Source of the DNA: Candidatus Latescibacterota bacterium
GTDB lineage: Bacteria > Latescibacterota > UBA2968 > UBA8231
Reading direction: 5' to 3'
Length of the DNA stretch: 64,000 nt
Assembly: GCA_965208105.1 (NCBI GenBank)
Contig: OZ242318.1
Span: 2,400,001 to 2,464,000, forward strand
The notes beneath the pieces were generated by a model. The model saw only the letters and a list, made by a program, of their open reading frames with translations, did no database searches and was not told where the DNA came from. A program made the position numbers and the translations under genes. This document shows positions 57,402 through 64,000 of the stretch, in pieces; position 1 is the first letter of the stretch, and each line of letters opens with the position of its first letter.

Positions 57402-57989
57402 CTAGTCGAGTTCGTCCAGGGTCAGGGTGAAGCTTGGAACAAATCGCTCCATGAAGTAGCGCACCTCCGGCAGCCCCAACCCCTCTATGTCCTGCTCCAC
57501 CGCCTTCTTCGCCTTGGAAAATTCCTGGTTGCCGGCCTTGAGCTCCTCCAGGCATTTTACATAGGCGCAGATCTTGTCCGCGGCCTTGACCAGTTTCCAG
57601 TTCTCCACATCGGCCTCCTCGCGGAACAGCAGGGGGCGATAGTCTCCTCGCAACCCTGCCGGGATCATATCGCACAGCTTCTGACTGGCCACCTCCTCTA
57701 TCTCGCCGTAGGCTCTTTTGATCTCGGGATTGAAGTATTTTATCGGGCTGGCCAAATCGCCGGTGATCACCTCGCCTACCTCGTGGAACACCGCCAGAGT
57801 CATCACCCTTTCGGGGTCGAGCTCTCCCGCGAACAGGCGGTTGCGGATGAGGGCCAGACCGTGGGCGATCATGGCCACCTGCAGACTGTGCTCCTGGATG
57901 TTCTCTGCCCGGATGTTGCGCATCAGGCCCCAGCGCTGAATGAACTTCATCCTCGACAGGTAGGCGAAGAAATGACTGTTTTTGTCCAT
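57402..57989 (-). CDS. yfbR: 5'-deoxynucleotidase (HD superfamily)
   Basis: SHFFAYLSRMK.I.RW.LMRN, ENI.EHSLQVA.IAH, TGDL.SPIKYFN, VKAADK.CAY.KC.EE and PSF.L.LDE motifs. Confidence 0.92.
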   Translation of the reverse strand: MDKNSHFFAYLSRMKFIQRWGLMRNIRAENIQEHSLQVAMIAHGLALIRNRLFAGELDPERVMTLAVFHEVGEVITGDLASPIKYFNPEIKRAYGEIEEVASQKLCDMIPAGLRGDYRPLLFREEADVENWKLVKAADKICAYVKCLEELKAGNQEFSKAKKAVEQDIEGLGLPEVRYFMERFVPSFTLTLDELD

Positions 57990-57997
57990 GCTGTCTA

Positions 57998-59275
57998 TCA
58001 CCCCGATCTCCGGTTGATTGTGGATGCGCCGCGCTCGCCGGGCGCCGGTTGCATGGCCGCCGTGGGGTCGCGCTCGCAGACCGGAAGCGCCGCCGCCGAG
58101 AGAATTCCGCCGAACCCCACGCGGTCGCGAATCGCCTTGATGGAGCGGCCGAGGGAATAATTCTTCCTGTCGCGGACCGACTCGAACAGGTCCAGCTGGG
58201 CCGTCTCCGGGCGCGTGCGGGAGGCGCTGATCCTGATGGACTTGACGGCGATGCGGCGCTGGCAAAGCTGCTCGAACAGCGCGGCGGCCGCGGCGGCGAC
58301 GGCGGCGTACCTCTGCGTCGGCTGCGCCAGGGACCTCGACCTCCGCGCCCGCACGCCATCCGCATAGCGCAGCGTCAGCGCCAGCGAGCTCAGGTGCACG
58401 TCCCGGCTGCGCAGCTCGTAGCACAGCTTGTCGGCGGTGTAGCAAACGCACTGGACGAGGAGATTCCAGTCCACGATGTCCCAGTCCAGAATGGTCTCGG
58501 CGGACAGTTCCTCCCGCCCCCGGCCGGAGGGAGGACTGCCTGCGCCGCGAACCAGCTCGAACAGCAACTCTCCCTCCGCGCCGAACCGCTTCACCAGGGA
58601 CCTTCTGCCGAGCAAGCGTATCTGGCCCACTTTCCTGAGGCCGTACTTGGCGAGCAGGGCGCGGCAGGACCGCGACAATCCGGGCAGAGAGCTGGCCTCC
58701 AATCCGGCCAGCACGGAGTCCTCCCGGCCCGGTTCGCAGACCCGAACCTCGTCCGCCTGGGCGGCGCCGGCCTGCATTCGGGCGAGCAGCTCCAGGCGCG
58801 AGACCGCGATGGCGACGCCGTCCAGCCCGACGCGCTGAAACAGTTGGCGCCGCAACGCCTCGGCGAACGCGCCCATTTCCCAGTTGCGCTGCACCGGTGT
58901 TCCGCTCAGATCGAGCATCCAGATCTCCCTCCCGTCGCAGCGGCAGGCAGGAGTTATGGTCTCCACCAGGCGCAGCAGCCGGCCGCGGGCCTCCTCCTCG
59001 AAGTCCGGGCGCCGCAGCAGGACTTCCAGCCGCGGCAGGCGGCGGCGCGCGATGAAGACGGGCATTCCCGCATCGATCCCCATCTCCCGGGCTTGCCGCG
59101 AGCGCGCGAAAACGCTGCTCTTGTGGCTCGCCGCGCTCTGGCGCACCACCACGAAAGCACGGCCGCGGCGGGCAGGTTCCCGGGCCTCTATGGCCTGGGC
59201 GGCAAAATCGCCGATCTTGAGCGCCAGGTGGAGGGGCTCGGGCTCAGGCCGCGCCGAGGCGCCTGACATCCGCAT
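57998..59275 (-). CDS. Y-family DNA polymerase-like protein, probably catalytically inactive (ImuB-like)
   Basis: AREMGI..GMPV, LPGL, L.LRY.D little-finger region and clamp-binding QLDLF motif; the DinB catalytic D and DE motifs are not evident. Start is uncertain. Confidence 0.78.
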   Translation of the reverse strand: MRMSGASARPEPEPLHLALKIGDFAAQAIEAREPARRGRAFVVVRQSAASHKSSVFARSRQAREMGIDAGMPVFIARRRLPRLEVLLRRPDFEEEARGRLLRLVETITPACRCDGREIWMLDLSGTPVQRNWEMGAFAEALRRQLFQRVGLDGVAIAVSRLELLARMQAGAAQADEVRVCEPGREDSVLAGLEASSLPGLSRSCRALLAKYGLRKVGQIRLLGRRSLVKRFGAEGELLFELVRGAGSPPSGRGREELSAETILDWDIVDWNLLVQCVCYTADKLCYELRSRDVHLSSLALTLRYADGVRARRSRSLAQPTQRYAAVAAAAAALFEQLCQRRIAVKSIRISASRTRPETAQLDLFESVRDRKNYSLGRSIKAIRDRVGFGGILSAAALPVCERDPTAAMQPAPGERGASTINRRSG

Positions 59276-62200
59276 AGGTGAAGTCCTCGCCGAAGGAGTT
59301 TTCCAGCCGCCGGGACGCCAGCTCGAAGTCCACCAGCGCCGGCGACCACTCCACCGCGCGCACGGAGTCGGCCTCCAGGCTGAAGGTGTCCCAGTCCTCG
59401 CTCACGGTGCCCCAGACTTCCAGGGGCCCCGGTTCCACCAGCTCGTCGCCGCAGCGCTCCAGCACGTCGGGCCACAGAATGACGTCGGCGCACTCGCTCT
59501 TGTCCTCCAGAGTGATGAACAGCATGGGCCGCTGCGAGCGCGCGACGCGGTGGCTGCGCTCGGCGATGGGCCTCCCGAACAGCTTGATGCGGCGGCCCAC
59601 GTGGGAGTGGATCGCTCGCGCCGGCACAGCCCCTCTGGAGGCGGGATGCAGGTCGAGAATGTCGAGAATATTGCCGGACAGCATGTATCCCAGGAGGCGG
59701 AGCTCGTTGAGGCAGCGCTCGCTGAGGGTGAAATCGCCGAGGCCGCGCTGGAGCTCCGGCAGCGGCGATGCGGAGAAGGGAAGCTGGGCCTGGCTGTCGT
59801 CGGCGGCGGCATCCAGTCCGTCCAGGTGGAAGAGCAGCTCAGGCTGGGTGAATCCAAAATGGTCGAAGGCCCCGACGAGAATGAGATTCTCGATCTCCCG
59901 CCTGTAAATGGGGACGCGCCTGACGAAATCCTCCAGGCCGTGAAAGGGGCCGCCCCTCTCCCTTTCGCCGGCCACCGCCTCCATGCTGGAGCGCCTGAAG
60001 TTGCGCACGTGCATCAAGCCGGGGCGAATCCAGTTGTCGCGGCCATGGAAATGGACCTGCGAGCAATTGACGTGCAGAGGCAGGATGCGCACGCCCCAGC
60101 GCCGCGCTTCGTTCAGATACACTTCTTTGCGATAGTACCCATGGCCGTTGCTGACGACGGCGGCCAGGAACTGGGCCGGATAGCGCGTCTTCAGGTAGGC
60201 GCACTGAAAGGACAATTGGGCGTAGGTGGCGCTGTGGGACTTGCAGAAGCTGAACCCGGTGAACGAGCTGACGCGCTGCCAGAGCTCGCCGGCCTGGCCG
60301 TCGTCGAGGCCGCTGTGACGGCGGCAGCCGTCGAGGAACTCGCGGCGGGTGCGCTCCCACTCGTCGGGCGGCACCGCGCCTTCGTGCAGGCTGTTCATCA
60401 TCTTCCTGATCCTGTCCGCCTTCCTGTAGCTGAGGCCGGCGACCTGGTGGCAGATCTTCGTCACATCCTCCTGAAAGGCGCACACGTCGTGGGTGGCGTC
60501 GAGGATCTCCTCGAGGGCCGGGTGCACGAACTCCCAGTCGCGCACCCCCTCTTGCGCCTTGCGCTGGCGCTCCACGTAGGTCTGGGCGTAGGCCGTGCCC
60601 GCCGGCCGGATCAGGCTGGAGGTGACGGTGATCTCCTCGAAGGTCTGCGCCCGCGCCTTCTGGTTCAATCTGATCTGGGCGGGGCTCTCGATGTAGAAAA
60701 TGCCCCGGGTGCGGCCGCTCTTCAGGATGCTTTGGACCTGGGGGTCGGCATAGCACTTCTCCAGGTCCCACACCCCGGGGTCGTCGATGCCCTGGCCTTC
60801 CAACTGCGCCAGGGCGTCCCGCAGCACGGCCAGGGAGCCGTTTCCCAGGATGTCGAACTTGATGAGGCCGAGCTCGTCGATGCCGTTGTGCATGTCGATC
60901 TGGGTGATCAGGCGGTTCTTCTCTCCCCCCGAATACTCGCAGGCGACGTGGCGCCAGATCGGTTCGTTGGTGATGATCACGCCGCCGGCGTGCTGCCCCA
61001 GAAAACGGGGTTTGCCGACGATCCTTGCCGACAGCGCCAGAATCTCGCGGATTTCGCAGTCGTCGATCTTTTTGGTGCGCGAGCGGTGGCTCCTGAGGAT
61101 GGACGAAATCTGTTCTTCGCTGTAACCGAAGACCTTGGCGGTCTCGCGAAAGGCGGCTCGGTGGCGGAAGTGGTTGGTGGTGCAGGTGACGGCGACCCGG
61201 TCCTTCCCCCACCTTTCCACCATGTACTCGTAGACCTCTTCGCGCTCGTCCCAGGCAAAGTCGAGGTCGGCGTCGGGAGGGGAGGCGCGGTCCTCGTTGA
61301 GAAAGCGCTGAAAGTAGAGATCGTAGCGGATCGGGTCGAGGTCACTGACCCCGATGTTGTAGAACGTTATGGAGTTGGCGGCGCTGCCCCGGAGAATGGA
61401 GCAGTCCTGCAGCTGGCGGTAGGTGGAGCGGAAGCGCTCGTTGCCCCAGTCGCGGATCTCTTTGACGAAGAGAAAGTAGGAGGCGTATCCCAGCTTCGAG
61501 ATCACCTCCAACTCCATCTCCTGCAGCGCCCGCGCGCGCTCGTACTCTTCCGTGCCGGTATATCTTTCCCGCAGGCCCGCGGCGGCGAGCTCCGCCAGGT
61601 GCGACTCGGGAGTGGCACCGGCGGGGACCGCGATGGTGGGCATCTTCCACTCGCCCAGCTCGAGCTGAACGTCGCAGAGGTCGGCCACGCACTGGGTGCG
61701 GGCAACGGCGTCGAGATGGCCGGGAAAGGCCCGCTCCATTTCCGCCGCCGACTTGAGATAGGCGCCGGCTGGCTGCAGCTCCCCCTCGCGCAGGCGGGAG
61801 AGGGTGGAGTTGAGACCGATGGCGCACAGGGTCCTGTGGACTTCCCAGTCGGCCGGGGCGAGGAAGAACGAGTTGTTGGTTGCGACCAGCGGCAGGCGGA
61901 GGGCGCGGGCGCGGCGCTCGAGCTCGCGGCTGCGCGCCCTCGTGGCCGGGGAATTGTTGACGAGCTCTCCGAAAAGGCGGGTGCGATTGGGCGTCCGGGA
62001 GAGGAGCTCGAGAAGGTCGGGCGAAGAAGTCAGCAGGACGAGGTCCTCCCACGGGCGGGCCAGGACTTCGCGAAAAGAAAAGGCGGCGGGATCGGTCTGC
62101 CGCCTGGTGACGATCTCGCAGAGGTCTCCGTAGCCGGCCGCGTTGCGCGCCAGGACGACAACCGTTTCCCCGGGGCGTCCGGGCGCGGTGATCTCCACCC

Positions 62201-62390
62201 CCAGGATAGGTTTCAGCCCCTCCCTGCGGCATTCCAGGTAGAACCGGATCAGTCCGCTCATGCGGTCGGTGTCGGTGAGGGCGAGCGCGCGCATGCCGAG
62301 CGCCCTGGCCCGCGCCACCAGCTCGCCGATGCTGCAGACCCCGGCATGGAACGAGAATGCGGAGTGACAGTGAAGGGGCACGAATCCCAC
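59244..62390 (-). CDS. dnaE2: Error-prone DNA polymerase III alpha subunit
   Basis: PHP domain LHCHS.FS, RGSAANS, F.RFL..DR..PPDADLDF, LIKFDILG and F.KSH.ATY motifs; lacks the tau-binding C-terminus; adjacent to a Y-family gene. Confidence 0.88.
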   Translation of the reverse strand: MGFVPLHCHSAFSFHAGVCSIGELVARARALGMRALALTDTDRMSGLIRFYLECRREGLKPILGVEITAPGRPGETVVVLARNAAGYGDLCEIVTRRQTDPAAFSFREVLARPWEDLVLLTSSPDLLELLSRTPNRTRLFGELVNNSPATRARSRELERRARALRLPLVATNNSFFLAPADWEVHRTLCAIGLNSTLSRLREGELQPAGAYLKSAAEMERAFPGHLDAVARTQCVADLCDVQLELGEWKMPTIAVPAGATPESHLAELAAAGLRERYTGTEEYERARALQEMELEVISKLGYASYFLFVKEIRDWGNERFRSTYRQLQDCSILRGSAANSITFYNIGVSDLDPIRYDLYFQRFLNEDRASPPDADLDFAWDEREEVYEYMVERWGKDRVAVTCTTNHFRHRAAFRETAKVFGYSEEQISSILRSHRSRTKKIDDCEIREILALSARIVGKPRFLGQHAGGVIITNEPIWRHVACEYSGGEKNRLITQIDMHNGIDELGLIKFDILGNGSLAVLRDALAQLEGQGIDDPGVWDLEKCYADPQVQSILKSGRTRGIFYIESPAQIRLNQKARAQTFEEITVTSSLIRPAGTAYAQTYVERQRKAQEGVRDWEFVHPALEEILDATHDVCAFQEDVTKICHQVAGLSYRKADRIRKMMNSLHEGAVPPDEWERTRREFLDGCRRHSGLDDGQAGELWQRVSSFTGFSFCKSHSATYAQLSFQCAYLKTRYPAQFLAAVVSNGHGYYRKEVYLNEARRWGVRILPLHVNCSQVHFHGRDNWIRPGLMHVRNFRRSSMEAVAGERERGGPFHGLEDFVRRVPIYRREIENLILVGAFDHFGFTQPELLFHLDGLDAAADDSQAQLPFSASPLPELQRGLGDFTLSERCLNELRLLGYMLSGNILDILDLHPASRGAVPARAIHSHVGRRIKLFGRPIAERSHRVARSQRPMLFITLEDKSECADVILWPDVLERCGDELVEPGPLEVWGTVSEDWDTFSLEADSVRAVEWSPALVDFELASRRLENSFGEDFTYADVRRLGAA

Positions 62391-62452
62391 GAGCGCTACC
62401 TCGGCCAGGAGCAGGTGAAGTGTCCGAAAACAAATACCTGCACAAATATATA

Positions 62453-64000
62453 CTATTCGGGGCCGAAGTCAACAAGCTTCAACAGCACCAGCTCCTGAAG
62501 ATTCAACTCGGGGACGACGATCCGCTGCGGGTCCAGCTCGGTGGCGCTGAACGGCAGCCAGGCGCGCGCGACGGCGGCGCCGTTGACGCCGATCCGGATG
62601 TCGCGAACGGGTACGAGCTCTTCCACGTAGAAATGGGTGCTAAGGACGCCGCGTCCGGTGGACCAGGGGGCGCTTCGGGTAGGATTGTTGAGGAGGTGGA
62701 CCGCCGTCTCGCCGCCGCCCCGCTTCCACGCCGCCACCTCCACCACCCCCGGCGCCTCGATCTCCAGCGGCGCGCCGGCCCATCCCACCAGGTGGGACAG
62801 CAGACGCTTCGTCTGGGGAAGGGGGTTGCGTTCGTAGCCGGACCCGATGTCCGCGGCGAGGTAGATGGCGCGCCCCTTGCCCACCTGGTTCACGGTGAGG
62901 GTGGGGACCCCGGAGTCCTGGTCCCGGGCGGGATTGAAGCCGTAGAGGGGCGGATTGCTGGTCCAGGCCAGGGTGCTCCTGGTGCACAGCACCCTGGTTG
63001 CGCCGCGGGCGGTGATTCTGGACTGGGGCGCGCCGAAGGCGATGAGCCGGCCGCACTTCTCCTCTATCCCCTTGTCGCGGGGCAGGTAGGTGGCGCAGTG
63101 GGAGCGATCGACGACGCGCCCGAACCAGTTCTTTTCCCACAGGACATCCTCCTCGCCGGCCGCTTCCTGGCCGCCGGACCCGGGGCCCTCGTAGTCGATG
63201 CCCAGGAGGTCGGCGAGCAGGAAGTTGCGCCGCCGCTGGCCGAGCTCGTCGAGGAGCGAGGTCTCGTGGGTCGCCACCAGGGTCCCGCCCTCCTCGACGT
63301 AGCGGCGGACGGCATCGCCCTGTGCCTCGGAGAGACAGCGGCTGTTGGGCAGGAGCAGGACCGGGTAGGCCGAGATATTGCCGTAGGTGAGCTCGCCGTC
63401 GAAGACATAGTCGGTGAGGCACTGCGAACGGCCCAGCATCTGGTGATAGCCCTTTACCGCCCGCCAGAAATCGTCGGGCACGTCCGGATAGCCGAAATCC
63501 CGCGTTTGCTGCGACAGGTGCATGGCCACCTGCTTCACCGTCTCGCCCCCCACGTAGGGGCGCAGCCTCTTCATCTCGCCGTTAACGAACCCGGCGGACT
63601 CCGCGTAGAGGGAGTGCTCGCCGCCGCTGGTGATCTGGATGGAGCAGTTGATGTAGGCTCCCCCGTGGGCAACCGCGGTCAGGGCGCACAGGGCGGCGGA
63701 GTAGGGCTCCGGGTAAGGCGCGCTCTGGGAGGCCCCCTCGGGAAAGGATTGGGTCTGGAACTGCAGCACCCCGAAGGTGGAGCCGTGGGCCTGGCAGACC
63801 TTGGCCGGCACCGACCACCCCAGGTTGTCCAGGCCGGCCTCGACGAAGAGGTAGCTGTCCAGGTCGATGCGGTTTAGCGGGTGGGACGACTTCCAGCCGA
63901 TGTCCGGGGCCCCGTACGGACGGCCGTAGTAGTTGATGTCGATGACGGCGTGCGGGTGCGCCTGGTGAATCTTGCTGTTCACGTGGCGCACCCCCTCGCA
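62453..64000 (-). CDS. Glycoside hydrolase-like protein with beta-galactosidase trimerization domain (5'-truncated by window edge)
   Basis: YPVLLLPN..CLS....A.RRYVE.GG.LVAT.ETSL.DE.G..R.NF.LADLLG and GKGRA.Y motifs; frame is open to 64000. Confidence 0.8.
   Translation of the reverse strand, partial: CEGVRHVNSKIHQAHPHAVIDINYYGRPYGAPDIGWKSSHPLNRIDLDSYLFVEAGLDNLGWSVPAKVCQAHGSTFGVLQFQTQSFPEGASQSAPYPEPYSAALCALTAVAHGGAYINCSIQITSGGEHSLYAESAGFVNGEMKRLRPYVGGETVKQVAMHLSQQTRDFGYPDVPDDFWRAVKGYHQMLGRSQCLTDYVFDGELTYGNISAYPVLLLPNSRCLSEAQGDAVRRYVEEGGTLVATHETSLLDELGQRRRNFLLADLLGIDYEGPGSGGQEAAGEEDVLWEKNWFGRVVDRSHCATYLPRDKGIEEKCGRLIAFGAPQSRITARGATRVLCTRSTLAWTSNPPLYGFNPARDQDSGVPTLTVNQVGKGRAIYLAADIGSGYERNPLPQTKRLLSHLVGWAGAPLEIEAPGVVEVAAWKRGGGETAVHLLNNPTRSAPWSTGRGVLSTHFYVEELVPVRDIRIGVNGAAVARAWLPFSATELDPQRIVVPELNLQELVLLKLVDFGPE

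Noticed and set aside
58884-62498. 1204-aa plus-strand ORF
   Set aside because: Antisense shadow of dnaE2; such open frames are common opposite GC-rich genes, and it has no recognisable motifs.

Overview
GC-rich bacterial chromosomal window with about 50 coding regions. It has no rRNA, tRNA or CRISPR array that I can support. The gene content (PhyH dioxygenases, Asp-box and FG-GAP/CRTAC1 proteins, an FlgD/T9SS-type C-terminal domain protein, an ankyrin lipoprotein) resembles FCB-group lineages such as Ca. Latescibacterota, but this is inference only. Recognisable genes include a glutamine synthetase III 3' end, pdxS-pdxT, an lpoB operon, thiamine pyrophosphokinase, a TPP-riboswitch-controlled TonB receptor, ggt, yfbR and a dnaE2/imuB-like mutagenesis cassette. 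The most novel-looking region is 9.5-24.5 kb: two CRTAC1/TPR gene pairs flank two tandem ~1000-aa secreted paralogues of unknown function with conserved frameworks and variable loops, next to a double-FlgD-domain exported protein with a long structured leader. Other notable items are a standalone A-T-R NRPS-like reductase whose A domain resembles fungal glycine-betaine reductase, a TlpA thioredoxin with five novel ~30-aa repeats, a DUF1538-PII-CBS operon, and a 168-bp CTAG-bounded MITE whose three copies all sit on gene stop codons.
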